DNA from: Haplodiscus bocki
Taxonomy: Eukaryota
Assembly: GCA_965655095.1 (NCBI GenBank)
Contig: OZ296654.1
Span: 28,272,001-28,336,000, forward strand
DNA: 64,000 nucleotides
Direction of reading: 5' to 3'
This document shows, one piece after another, positions 14,650 through 27,480 of the stretch (position 1 is the first letter of the stretch; the number at the start of each line of letters is the position of its first letter). The translations under genes were made by a program, and so were the position numbers. The notes under the pieces are model-generated. The model was not told where the DNA came from. It did not search any database and saw only the letters and a program-made list of their open reading frames with translations.

Positions 14650-15300
14650 TTGGTTGGTGAAGTGACCAAGATTTTCATTTTTTTTCATTTTGTACTACTT
14701 CAGCCCGACTTTCAGCAGCCTGACCTTCGCACTTTCTATTGGACTGTTGATTTCGGTTCAAAATCTGTGACTGTGAATATGACTGATGTGGTCCAATGTT
14801 TGACAATCAGTTTAAATGAAATTTTTTTCTCTGTGGGAAACTTGCTACTTCAACAGATACAAAGCCTTTCGAATGGTTATGTACGGAGTATTTCTATAAC
14901 TGAAAATCAGCTAGGAACTATGAACATGCGGGGCGAACTAATTTCAAGTGTAGGTGCACAAGAAAAGGACGCCAGCGGGTATCATGTGTCAGGTCTAGAA
15001 GACATTGTGTTTTTCAGACAAGATCTTGGCTTGATTATGAAAACAGGATTTCGACCACGCAAAGGTTGTACCTTCTCCCCCGGAGCGTTTGACGACTTTG
15101 AAATGGCATTTTTGGTCGAAAACACAATGGCGATCGACTACGAGAAAAACGACGCAAATGCTTACCAGTACCATCAACCCCAGTCTCTGAGTTACCGAAT
15201 GAGTGTCTCAGGTTGCTGAGAAGTTGTCCTTTCGGAACGATACAAAAATGTTCCTGATTATTTTTTCGGATTTTTGTTCGAATGCAATTTTTTTCATATG
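14650..15300 (+). pseudogene. Polinton A accessory ORF (acidic, disordered; function unknown)
   Basis: 189-aa ORF with FRP..TFSP.AFDDFEM..EN inside the element. Confidence 0.4.
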
Positions 15301-17124
15301 GACTATTAGTACTAGACTGGAGAGAGTGACTTTCAAAACTGTTCGAATGAAAAGTTCCCTTTCATAGAGTTTTCTTTCGAAAACTTGCCACAAATGTGTG
15401 ATCTTTAATTCTATCAGCAGGAGCAACTTTTGCATATATCAAGTTCATACGGAGAAAACAAACGAACACCACGGCAAAGTCAAAAGCAAAAGTCCCGGTC
15501 AACATGTGTAGAGGAACTATTGTTTCAACGGCCTGTGTTTTTATCCAGTTGATGAAGAAGCTGTGGGTTTTGAATAAACATTGTATATTGGAAAGAATCG
15601 TTGACAAATGTTGATCAAGTGAAAAATGGTTATGATCTTACATTGAAGATCACAAAAGCTTGATTCAAAAGTTGACTCACTTTAGAAAAAAAAATTGATT
15701 AAAAATGTGACATATCGTTTGAAAAATGATTGAAATTTTGACACTTTGTAACAATTTTGATTCAAATTGTAATTTTTCTCCGAAAAACTTCCCGCAGAAT
15801 CTTGATTCGGAAGAAGTTCAAAAAGTTGCGAAGTTTGACGTTTACACGGGATTAAATCAGTCAAAATGTGAATTGCTGAAGGAAACATTTTAAAAAATCT
15901 GGTAATCCATAATTTGCCCAAAGGTAAACCTGACGCGTTCCGAACTTGTTGATTCAAATTCTGACGCGATGTAGAAAATGTGATTGAAAATTTGATTTTC
16001 AAATTTCCTCTGCAGGTTTTTGGGAAATGATCCTCTATCTCACGTAATGTTAGTACCACACGAAAACAGCCTAGAAATTTAATGGAAACTCTCCTTGTTC
16101 AGCGTCTGGATTGTGTTTGCTTGAATATCCTTGGTCTTTCATTATTAACTGCCCTTTTCATGGTAACTGGAACCTTGCTGGCTAGAAGGTATTTAGTTTT
16201 GACCTATCAATAGATATGCACCCGTACCTTAGGGTTGCAAAAAGGGTAAGTTTTTGTGAATTTGATTTGAAATTTTAAGAGAGAATTTTTTCACTACTAT
16301 TTTTATCCGAGCCATCTAAAAAACAGTCTGCACTTTGTTTTAATACCAATTCAAGTTCAGTCTTTTCAACTTTTTCAATTGTCTCTGCAAATAATGAACA
16401 AACGTTGGCGTTGTTTTCAACTTTTGGAATGACCTCATTAGATGCTCTTTGTGCTTTTTCCTATCCAATACTCTGGTTTGTCGATTCAAACCAACTGAGC
16501 TCTGCACAACATCAAACTCGTGTCCACTAAGGGCAACAATTTTTGCCACTGAATCGGTAGTTGAAAATTGCATAAAGACAGTTCAAAGATCGACATGTGA
16601 AGCAGAAGCCCTCGACTTCTCTAGCGATTATTGTGTCCTAATAGCATAATGTGATATCTTCAAATGTGCAGAAAGCACGTCTTGTTGTCGTGGTGCGCAA
16701 TACAGTCGTTTTCGGTAATATTATCTTTTTCGTTTGTATTTGTAAAATTCAGATGACATTTTTTTTCTAAAAGTTTCAAGTAAAAATTAAAAACCATTTC
16801 CATCAAATTATCATTTAAACTATTTTTAAAGAAGTTTTTTCAACTGAGTCTGAAAAACAAATAATCACCATTTTCTGTACAAGCGTACTATAAAACGAAA
16901 GTGGTTGCATATATGGGATTAGTTCGTTGCAAGCACACAGAGAAAAGAAAATATTTTTTCTTCGCTGAAAAATTACGTCATATTGACTGAAAAAGTTATC
17001 AGGTATGGAGAAGCATATGCAAGGAACACATTGAAGCTCAAAAAATTTTCTTTAACGTTCATTTTCGGAAACAAATCACTTCTTTCAATTATGAGCTTGC
17101 TATCTCAAAAACTAAAACCCATAA

Positions 17125-17690
17125 ATTAAAACACTACTGCTTCAAGGTAAGAAATATGTGGATTTTGGCATTGGTAAAGACACGCTTTTGAAAACTCTTT
17201 TAACAGCCCGAGAAGGCTCCAGTTTCTTATTCTCTTGGACGTTAAGCTCAATGTTCCCAAGAGAAATGAGAACAAACAATTTCGATTGGTCCAAAGTCTT
17301 ACAGTCGGAGATGCAGGCATCAAACATTTCATTAGACTAGGAAACCTGCTATTTCTTGCAGCAGGAAACTTAAGCAAAGAGGAAAACTTGTCTCCCATTC
17401 AGGTGCCAACCTTCTCTAAAGATGTGGTTGCACAACGCAGGCCGACTCACAAAGTAGTGTTGATGTAAAATATCGTTGGAACAGAAAAGTTTGAGTAACA
17501 CTGCCGCAGTACAATGCGGATACGCGCGGAAGTTCATCTTCTGAGAGCTAAATAGTTGCACGAAAGAATAAAGAAGAAAAACTTCAAAAATTTGTCTGCG
17601 TAAATTATGAATCTGATGAAATTTTGTTTCTACAGTTTGTTATGAATTCTGTATTCGATAAAGTTAGTACTTCTCAACTCCTTTTTATTG
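17125..17690 (+). pseudogene. Polinton A ORF, possibly a PC4-like nucleic-acid-binding protein
   Basis: YVDFG..., LDVKLNV.K...FRLVQSLTVG..., F.QQ-like..VNY pattern across frameshifts. The fold assignment is inference. Confidence 0.4.
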
Positions 17691-18240
17691 TCCTGCCAAA
17701 GTGATTGCAGTTTTTTACTCTTTATCTTTTTTCTTCCTGTTTGAGACAAAAAAAGTTGGGACATTGGAGATTGCAGAAACCAATGGAGAATAGAAATAGA
17801 AGCATTCTCTATTGATATAATAGAATCTTTTGACATGAACTGGATCACGACCTTCTACTTGGTAGAGCTAGTAGTTATGGACACTCCTACATAGAAATCT
17901 TTTGTGCTGTCTCAAAGATTTGACACTACATAAAATACAAAAGACGCTGCCGGTTTAGTGGAGTCACATACTGGCAAAAGATTTGCTTACTGCTATATGA
18001 TCGGACGAGGTCTAAACTCATAGTTGCTTGGTCTAGTGATTAGACTACTGTTTTAACTTTGCATGAAGCTCGTTGTGCCTTCTATTTTCACTTTGTCGGT
18101 TTCTGCAGCAGTATCTCTTGCCATATACTGAATATCGAGAGAAAAAAGCAGATGGAAATAATACTTAGGAGTTGAAGTTTTTTGTGGCGGGATGAATCAA
18201 GGTTACCCGTTTGGTTCTCCGAAAAAACAGAAATTCGTAA
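17690..18240 (+). pseudogene. Probable minor capsid (penton) remnant, Polinton A
   Basis: Very degenerate FLP..GHW, FAY, EARC.F.F and TRLVL segments in the expected order. Confidence 0.4.
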
Positions 18241-18869
18241 AAGTAGCTCTTTCGGTGTTGAAGATAAGGACATGGAATTGTCTGGGTTAGTGGAAGTTTG
18301 AATTACAGTGAGCTCCCAAACAATCTGCCAAGGGATGTAAAGGATGAACAATTTGCGAAAGGACCAGGAAATTGCAAAATTAACAGAAAATTTATGGACA
18401 TAATTGTCGAAAGCTTGGTTTTTCCTGGTTGCCCTGAAAATAAGGAAATTGTCATTTAATTAAATTGCCCTGGTTGCGCTCTAAAGTAGACAATGAAACT
18501 TCTCTAATGTGGAAAGCATTGTCTGTATCACCGTATTCGAATCTTTCAACTCCATTCAGTTTTTCTGAGACTTCTTACGAACGAAAAAGCCTACAAGCTA
18601 GATGATTGATTAGTGAGATAAGATTCATCCAGGCAAGACTAACTTTGACAACAACAGTCAATATAGAAAAGCGTGAGATTGGAGATTGTTTGGGACAATT
18701 CTGTTCCACATCTCTCACTGTCTCTTTTTAAAAATTTTGCGTTTTTGCTGAATGTCTCTGATTGCTTTTGAACAATTCATTTTCCAAAAACTTGTGATGG
18801 ATCATCTATTAAGATGAATTTTTTTAATAGCTCAGTTAAAAACATTTTAACCTGACCAACACTGTAAGT

Positions 18870-19560
18870 AAAAGATGTTCTTCATCAAATTGCGTCTTTA
18901 TAAATTTGGTTGAACCCGCCAAGTTTGGAAAACCGCAACCTATTTACAATTGGTTGAAAAATGGATTGTATCGGTTAACATTTGACAGAAGAGAAAAATT
19001 TGTCAACAATCTCAGGTACTTTTCTCAGATAAGCAGAAAAAAATAGAAAGTTTTGAGGTTTCTGAGGTGTAATTTTTGAATTTATTGATTCGCTCGGAAA
19101 AAAAATTTATAAAATCATATAATAGTGAACCTTCGACGACTTTTGTGAGATTTGCAATTTCACCCGCTTGTTACCACGAACAGACGAGAGAATACACTGA
19201 AGTACAAGGATTGCGTCCGTTTATTTAACGTTTTCTACCCCTGTATGTTTGATGCACTGAAATTCTTCGGACGATGAACACAAAAACAAATCCACTCTGT
19301 ATCTCTTGCAAGTATAATCCCGCAATTGCAAAAAGCATTTCTTTGAGCTTTGTTCGGGAAGAGTTTACCCGGTTCCTGTAAGAGTGCACAGTAAATCTGC
19401 TCAAAGGAAACCTGCGAAACACAAAAATACATCACCTGGCCAAGTTTCAAACACAAGTTTGCTTGCTTCATCCAGAAGAAGCAACATGGAGGCCAAGGAG
19501 AAACCTTCTGCCATCCGAAAAAGACTTGCGACTAAATAATTTATTGTTCCTCCAGCCATT
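18870..19560 (+). pseudogene. A32/FtsK-like packaging ATPase, Polinton A (internal deletion)
   Basis: CVFINLVEPAKFGKPQPIYNWLK (decayed Walker A), EFIDSL, FDDFCEICN (Walker B), DDEH, basic C-terminal tail. Confidence 0.7.
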
Positions 19561-19859
19561 CACATTTGTTTGAATGTGGATCATTTTTTCTTGTTCCTAT
19601 TTGTGTGTAGAACAAGAGTTTGACTACGTAATCAAGCACTGCGAGGGCACTGCACCTTTAAGTGAAAGCGAACAACCTAACAGTGACGAAGGGAGACAGC
19701 TATGCTTTCGAAAGCTTCCTATACACAATTTACTCTGGCTAGACGTAAATTCAAGAGAGTGGAAGTTTTTCATATCTTCAAAAACCACTTTGGTTCATGT
19801 TGACGAACAAGCGAACGATTCTAACGGTTTAGGGTGTCTAGACTTGTTGGATAGATTCA

Positions 19860-21040
19860 CAGAAGCAAAAAGATGCATCGGAACTATTAAACTGATTTCA
19901 GACAGATTTTCTAAGCTTTGAAACTGAAAGAGGCGGAAGATAGTGTTTACGAAAGTTACAATCCCAAAAAAGTTAGAGAAGCGTGAGGAAGAACGAAAAA
20001 TGCTGCAGCAGATGCTGAAAGAATGGGGAAAATTACTCCCTTCTGTCGGGTAACTCCTGTAAAGAACATTTTTCTTTCAATTTTGTCCACTATTGAGGTG
20101 TGCATGAAAAACAGCAAAAGTCAACTCCATTGGATTGTATCCGCACAAGTCTTACATTTCGATGAACTTTGGGAAGTCATTTTTGTATACTATGACGTTC
20201 TGAACTGCAAAAGCTAAGATTATATGGAATGTGCAGAGAACTTTTTGGACGCACCATTTTTGGACCCCTTTTCTGCAAGCAGTCGATACCTGTTTAGTAG
20301 ACCCGAAAGTTTCTTGTTCTATGGCGAATTGGGTATTGACTTATCCTCCAGTTTTGAATTTGGAGATGCAATTTTAGGAATTAGGCGACCACCCATCAGA
20401 GCAGGATCTAATTTTTAAAAGAAAGGCGACAACCTCGACGTTACTGATGGAATTGTTGAAAATTCGTTTTACGCTCGTAATTTTGTTCTCAAGGACGTTA
20501 TTAGAATCGAAGTATCGATATGCTTGGTTTCTTCCCTGTGGAGTTCAACTAATTTGAGACTCTAGCACAGATTTTCAATATTTCTGCTAGATAAAACCAG
20601 TTCATTCAACAACACATGTTTCAAATGCTCCAGTTCTTTGAACTGCCACTGCAATGAATACAAACTCCTCCTTCACTGGAACATACACTGAAATATTTTT
20701 CTTGTTTCAGCAATTCAATCTCAAACTTAGTCAGGTATAAACTCTGATGCTGCTGATAATCGCTGCTGTTATGTTAACAAAAGTAAAGCAATGAATTTCA
20801 AGATTGTCTGCTTTCATTTCCCACTGATATTTTCAAAGATCACAATGGACTAATGATTGATTTGACTTCAATGCAAGGTGGACTTGAACATTGTCAATAG
20901 CTAGGGCTAATTGAAGAACCAGTGAGATTTCAGGTATATGTTTAGTTCACACTAGAGCACTTTACTGAATTCAATGTGAAGGGAAAATGATTGTCTTCGC
21001 TTTCAGCTGACAAGTTCGACGTTGTTGGAAAAATTATAAG
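19860..21040 (+). pseudogene. Major capsid protein (double jelly-roll), Polinton A
   Basis: NIFLSILSTIEV, GLYPHKSYI, SRPESFLFYGELGID, FN.FETLAQ, AMNTNSSFTGTYTE, DAADNR..KAMNF, FKDH..IDLTSMQ, DKFDVVGK. Confidence 0.78.
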
Positions 21041-21042
21041 AA

Positions 21043-21125
21043 ATGGATAACGTTGCACTTCAGCAAGCTTTCAATCATACTCTTCTTTTCAATCACAGGT
21101 ACAGGGATTCATCCACCTCAGATTT
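21043..21125 (+). pseudogene. N-terminal stub of adenain-like protease, Polinton A
   Basis: MDNVALQQAFNHTLLFNHRYRDSSTSD immediately after the major capsid gene, then truncated. Confidence 0.5.
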
Positions 21126-21489
21126 CGGTCAAAAAAATTTCGAGGAAATTTTTGCCAATATAGAAAAACAACTCAGCAAAATGTAGGAAAAGAAATGGAT
21201 AATTAAAAACCTGGTCACTAGCTGTAATTTGCAGACTCTCACGGACGTGAAAGGTATAGTTTTCTCCTAAAGCTTTAAAAAGAGATGATACCAGAGCCAC
21301 TAGAGTCCCATGCGAGTGTTTGCGGTTTCTACTAGATAACGGCGTAAAATGTTGTTTTTTCTTTAAAAATTTGTACCATCTATTTACCTTTTCAAAAATT
21401 TTGGGAAGCAACCCACTAGCAATGCGTCACAACACTATCTGCGTCCGTAATATACGAACGCAAACGTTATTACTAACAATAAACGTGAT

Positions 21490-21942
21490 AAACTTCCGAC
21501 AGGCGCTGTATTTAGTACCGCGCCATAATATTTGTCGGCAGTTCTTCAGAAAAAGTTAAAAATAAATAATGAAAATTCTCACAGTGTCGAAAATGTTACA
21601 TTAATACATACCCTTACATTCTTCTCCCTATATTCTTACACTACCTAACTCGGCAAATGTCGGGGTATACAATGACTGGGACCCTCTGCCTTAATACGCT
21701 GATCCAGACGCCGTATCTTAAAACACTGAGTCGATCACGCTAATTTGATGCAATGAGCCGTCTTCAACACTAATTCAATACCTTTACGAACCCATTTTCT
21801 ATCATGATACTTTCCCGAGCTGAAGCCCATCTGAATACACATGTGAAGGACCTAACTTGGGTTCCAGGGCGTATAGCTAATCCTAAAACACGAAAAGTCA
21901 TCCAAACTCCACCCCAGCCCCCCAGCTTATCGGCTCACTACT
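21490..21942 (-). repeat. Right TIR of Polinton A
   Basis: Inverted homologue of 7877-8280 ending in ACTACT. Confidence 0.75.
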
Positions 21943-22011
21943 TTACTCTTGACGTCTTACACAGTGCAGTAAACGTTCTTTGATGTTGGGTATAGTATTT
22001 GTTTTTGCTAT

Positions 22012-22805
22012 AGTTACAATTGTGACATCATAAAATGATATACTTTGATTGACTGGATGCCTACTTGAAGGTAGACGAAGGAGATAGGACCATCAAATGA
22101 TTTGGGCTGGTTTTCATATTTTCTGAGCTACTGACGACGAGCTACTGAGCTACTGAAGACTGAAACTCATTTCTTGCTGTCTCTGAATTTACAATCAATC
22201 TCTTTCTAACTGCTGAAGCCGTTTTACAGATTTTTAAAAAAATCATTTCTCGGTGACACCATGGTTTCTACGGGTAGAAAAAAGAAGCAAAATAGAAAGA
22301 TTCGCACACATTAACATGAGTTTACTGACGTTGCCATGGAAACATGAGACAATCATAACACCCAGACGGGAAGTAGAGTAGATACAGTAGACGAAATTGT
22401 GGCTTCAGGTAGGAGAAATTGCGTATTCCCTCTTAATGGCTCCCACGTAGATATGAAAACACTTGAGAGAAGTATTGCTTACAGAGTTCGTAGTGAGACA
22501 GACAACACAGAAGTTACTGTCAAGACCAGGGAACATAATAGAGTCTTGGTTGCAATTTATATTTTGGAAACGTCTAGGGTGGGACTAGCTACAAAAAAAT
22601 GATCAACGCGTCTTGTTTTGTACTTGGCCCAGAAAGACAGATTTCCTAGGGAATGTGAGAAGCTTCCAGAAGACCGTTTCAAGGAGGCTAAACTCAAACA
22701 CCGATTTGAATAGGATCGACGAGACTCGTGGTATAACTAATGTTGAGGCACGTTATTTATCAATTAGTGAAAGAAACTTTGATCAGCAATCACACACTCA
22801 TCACA
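22012..22805 (+). mobile_element. Solo LTR (family 2) with an internal MVSTGRKKK... ORF remnant
   Basis: Ends ...CACTCATCACA, flanked by GCTAT direct repeats (22007-22011, 22806-22810). The 5' TG appears as AG. A decayed ORF from ATG 22261 runs to the terminal CA. Confidence 0.55.
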
Positions 22806-23264
22806 GCTATACTTTTGATTTCTGCTTTTGCGGAAACCATTGTTATGATAAAAACTGTGAGGAGCCTCGTCTGTGTCTGAGTCAGTTGAATGACGGAATT
22901 GACAGACGGAGGGTCCCACTTCAGAATGAGCATCATCCTGGGAACGATCCTCTTTTGGTTCTTGGTTTTCCACATTTGTGTTCCGGAATGTTCCCGGAAC
23001 GGTTCCGGAGTGCGTCCGTATCTGTGAGTTCAGAAGGAACTCGTCTAATTTAGACAGAGCACCCAAAATGCGAGACTCTGTCCTGCTGAACTCCTGGGAC
23101 AGTCTTTCAGTGACTCTGCCTTCAATTTCCTCAGAAACTTGTGTGATATATTCCTTGTTAATTTTATGAACGGATGTGTTTCGTGACTGGCCGTTCCTAG
23201 GATGTTCCTCTTGTTTTCCTCTTGCAACAGCTGGCAACTTCCGTTTGTTTCTCAATGTTGCCAT
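22764..23264 (-). CDS. LTR-encoded ORF (putative Gag N-terminus, MATLRNKRKL...), reading out of the LTR into the flank
   Basis: Intact 166-aa ORF. About 136 codons are inside the LTR. Conserved with 51392-51813 (YITQVSEEIEGRVT..LSQEF..TESRILGALSKLDEFLLN). Confidence 0.65.
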   Translation of the reverse strand: MATLRNKRKLPAVARGKQEEHPRNGQSRNTSVHKINKEYITQVSEEIEGRVTERLSQEFSRTESRILGALSKLDEFLLNSQIRTHSGTVPGTFRNTNVENQEPKEDRSQDDAHSEVGPSVCQFRHSTDSDTDEAPHSFYHNNGFRKSRNQKYSCDECVIADQSFFH

Positions 23265-24406
23265 ATTTTGAAAGGAAATTGCTACGCAGTTTATGAAGAA
23301 TGGTTTAGTTTTTATTTGTTAATCCTCTTGAGAATATAACAAAAGTTATGATTTTTTAGAATAAACAACTAGTTGCAATCAGTACAGTCAACTGATAATC
23401 AAAGTGATATTGAGATTTCGTCCCTTAGTGCTTCCGTTTTTCCATTTTATACTTTTTGCTTGGCGGGAAACAGAAATGTTTGCACGCCAAGTAAAGGTGC
23501 AAAGTAGGGAAAAGTACTTTAATCATAATAATTACAAAGGAAATATGCCAACTCTGGCGGTAATTAAACATATTTCCGTCCATTTCTTCCTTGACAGACC
23601 GCGCCTTCTCCATCTTCCGACGGAAAATATACGGGGTTGATCAGCCAAAAATGGATATCAAAGTGCTTATTCCCGCGCCGACACAATAAATAATAATATA
23701 AACAAAAGATCAGAAAGATTTTCCATAGGAGGAAAGTCTCAAAAATGCACCAGAATTAAGTAAAATACATTAAAATATTCATAAAAAATCATCATTACAT
23801 GCTTGGTAATACTATTGCATCGATTTGATCCATTTTTGGAACGAAACTAGGCTTTTTCCTAGCCCGTTCCTCGCTACTACAGGCCGGTTCCTCATTTTGG
23901 CCAAAGCGTTCCGGAACGACTACGTAGCCGCTTGTAGCACTGCTCGCCGCAGTGCTACTGATAAGAATGAATTAGGTGGCTACGTAAGCGTTCTGTGTTT
24001 GTGCAAATTGACACAGCATAAAACCACAGCGGATAGGTTGAAATTTTTGTGACGTCACCAGATCGGTAGCGACGGAACGCGTACGGAACAAATATTCACT
24101 CCTAGCCTACAGTAGCTACTAGGTAGGTACGTGTCCATTCCGTAGCAGTTCCGTCCCAATTTTGACCAGTACACGGGAGTGCTACGTATACAATGCGTAG
24201 AATTTATATGAAAATTTACTGGGGAGTGATACGTATTTGATACGTATCAACTACATGTAAAGGCGTTGATATATTACTGCAATATTATTATATGAAGAGA
24301 AAAGGAAAAGTCAAAAGTTTCGATACAGTTTCTTCTAACTTCCAGGCAATCCGGGGATGTCCTTTTCTTTCTTTATGCCCGTACGCTTCGTGGATATACT
24401 GCGACA
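22856..24406 (-). mobile_element. Solo LTR (family 1), 1551 bp, Ty3/Gypsy-like
   Basis: Minus strand TGTCGC...CCTCACA, perfect 5-bp TSD AAAAC (22851-55, 24407-11), homologous to 50000-51813. Confidence 0.9.
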
Positions 24407-27209
24407 AAAACTGTGAACAAAGTGAGAGAAAAAGATGCTTCTCAGGTTGCTACATGGCTAGAATCTGTCAACATAGTTTTTCCAATCGACTGAATACAAG
24501 TCAACTGCTTTCACTTCCACTCCACGACTCAAACACATAACGCGCGGAATTCATAAATTTGTAGCTGCGCAAGCGTCGGACGCGTGCTGATAGTCTCAAC
24601 AAAAGCCTTTTTCTGAACTTCTAGAACATCAAACTACTAGAACATCAAAAAATTGAAGCTATCGGAAAAGCGTTAACGACAGCAAAATTTCATCAAATTT
24701 AAAAAGAGAGGAATGCTTAATTTGAGCCACGAGTGGACAAAAACTTTCCGATGTAAGACTCTTGGGTAATTTTCAACGTTTTTGAAAATCTGAATATTTT
24801 TACACTAATCCAATTCTTCCTGATCCTTTTGTAGGCCAAGCGTAAACATTGAACTTTTTTTCTGATTTCAAAAAAGGAATTTTCTCAGTTACTCTTTTCA
24901 GTTCAAAATCGAAAAACGACTTTGACAGTATTTTCATCTAATTTCGATCAGTTCTCTTGTGCAGAGAAGAAACACATCAAAGTTTTACTTGTGTTTGTGT
25001 CCCTCCTTCCGCAGAATTTTCGACACTGTGAGCCAGCAATTTTTGACCAAAAATCGAGATGCCACTTCAATTCAACTTGGGTCTCCGTAACGTCTCAATC
25101 AATGGTCGGATTCCAGAATAAAAGAGCATTTACTTCATTAATGTTTGAATCTTCGAGGATGTGATTAAGATCGATTTAACTGCATTGTCAACACGACCGA
25201 GAGATTACCACATTAATTGCTGATATACAGGACCGTGATAAAGAAATGGAAAATAAGACGGCGAAGAAGAAAAGAGATATTTTAGTTCTTGTCGTTTTAT
25301 ATTCAATGTAAGAAAATTATCGAGGTTTTAATTGACACAAACTCTTCTTCTGGTTAGCTTTTCAAAATTTATGCTAACAAAATTGATCGCAAAAGCTCGA
25401 AGTTCCTGATACTAGGCGCTTTGCAAACACCTCGTAAGCTGTCGCTTTTGACAATTTCCTTCGAAGTATTGTGTATGCAAGCCCTATTTGAGAAACTGCG
25501 ATAACACTACCCCAGCAGAGAATACATTGGTAACATTGATGAGTCATTAATGTTTTCATCGAAAAAACAGGCCTGTTCATTAAAGAGACAACGATGCGAC
25601 ATTGATGCAATAATTATAAAACATTCATGATTTCGAAACATTATTGGTCATTTTTGTTTTTAATGCTCTAATCTCCGAAATATCAATGTTTCATTGATGA
25701 TTCTTTGAAGAAACATTGATGCAGCATTGATGGAATATTGATGATTTCAAAGCAAACGTTAATGATCATTAATGTTTCCACTGTGCTAATCTCTGAAATT
25801 TTCATGTTCAAAGGATGATTCGTTGATGATGTATCAGTCCTGGAAAACTGGTTACGTGCGAAATTACTTGCAAAGGCAGTAACTTTAACTGCGGACCGCA
25901 GGTCAAAAAGTCCCATACGCAGTTTACCAGTAATACATGCAATTAATTTGTAAATACAGGTCAAACTATGGCATCTACGGGGCAATGTCGTCACGCAGAA
26001 TACACACGAAGAAGTTCGAACATACGAATAAGGTAGCGATAGATTGGTAAATCTCATCAATCGTTATCAGAAAAACTAAGGCTAACAAGAACAGGTACAT
26101 TTAAAGAACAGACCAGAATACCCTTCAAATAAACTATCAGAAAGATGTTCTGAACTAAAAAGAGAAAAATGTGAGCAACTAATGCAAATTTCACTCACTA
26201 CGGATATGAATTTGATGAAACAAAACATAAAGTAACAGAAAACTCTGAAATCATCCAAACAGTAGTCTTATCGATTTTGGATTCAGCTTAAAAACGTTTC
26301 CGTAACAGTGGAATACGAGAAAAATTCAATCAAAAACCTGAAAAACGCTTTGCGATTAACCACGCAGCTATATAGACCAAAAAAATGAAGTCAAAAAGAA
26401 ACTGTATTCAATTTTTTCGTTTGTCTGACCAACTTTTGTGCACCAAGTTCAAGTTATTTAACAAAATTCTAGTTTCCGAAGTCAAGTACCACAATTCTAT
26501 CACCAGCAGGGCCTTCAACGATTAAGTGCATTAGCAAGCATCATCGCTATCATCGAAAAATTTCAAGCGCAGCAAGTGGTTAATTGGTCAATTAATTTGG
26601 TAGTGGACAAAAGGAGACGCTTCTATTTCTTACCCTTTCCTACCTGGCACGCGCAAGGGGGTTCATGTAAATTACCTAATGGTGAGGCAATTTACTATCC
26701 GTTACATCCGGAAACAGCAGGCAATCAATACCAGCTCAAAATTGACCAGTATTGACAGGGAATTAGACATATAGAACAGTTTATCTGCGGCCATTGCAAG
26801 TAATTTTGAAGGCAAGTAGTAGAAGAAATCGCACTGGAGGCCAGATGCCGTGGACGCGCACCGGTTCAAAAATAGAGTCCATCAAAAGTTCATACACATT
26901 TAAGTTTTTCCAGCTGCGTAATAAAAAACTCCTTGAAATCTATTTTCAGACCACCACATCAAAGTAAATCAAAAGATATCAACCAAACTTTAAAAAAGAA
27001 TTTTTATACTGTTGGTCAGAAACTTGGTTTTGGTTTCTAGAAATGAAATCAAATTACAATGTGAAATACAATATCAGACGTTTAGCTTGTCGAAACCTAG
27101 GAAATTTCAAGCTACAGAAAAGTGTATTGTACCATATGAAAAGTTTTAGATAGATCTATCGTCTGGTAACATTTTCTGACACATCAACTGAAACTATTAA
27201 CATCTAAAA

Positions 27210-27450
27210 CCGTAAAACGTGGTATATCAATGAATATTTTTTTCTGTTTGCGAAAAAAAAGTATTTTACATCGTTGAAAAGCTTTTGGAGTGTGGATTAT
27301 GAAAATGATATCGATTCCCAATGTGTACTTTCAATTCTTTTCATATAACAACGTTTCTCATCAAAAACTGTTAGTTTAGATTTACGTACTTCTTGAAGAT
27401 ACATTTCATGAATATTAGATTTTATAACTTAATTGTCACATACTTTTCCA
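27210..27450 (-). repeat. Inner part of left TIR of Polinton B (inverted copy of the pPolB 3' end)
   Basis: tggtatatcaatga..atcgttgaaaagcttttggagtgtg..ttccca..tttctcatcaaaa..tagatttacgta matches the reverse complement of 42710-42960. Confidence 0.75.
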
Positions 27451-27480
27451 TTTTTATTTCGAATTTTCTGATACAAATAA

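Larger units (their letters stand above)
7877..21942. mobile_element. Polinton/Maverick (adintovirus-like) relic A, internally deleted
   Basis: Remnants of pPolB, capsid proteins, A32-like ATPase and protease lie between diverged inverted repeats. The right end is ...CGGCTCACTACT (reverse complement AGTAGTGAGCCG) and the left end is AG-AGTGAGTCG. Confidence 0.82.

Noticed and set aside
7871-21948. 6-bp TSD for Polinton A
   Set aside because: Flanks acgaag and ttactc do not match, so exact ends are unconfirmed.
23404-24052. Short ORFs within the LTR (also 50478-51184)
   Set aside because: Their similarity reflects LTR DNA homology; frames and starts are not consistently kept between the two copies.
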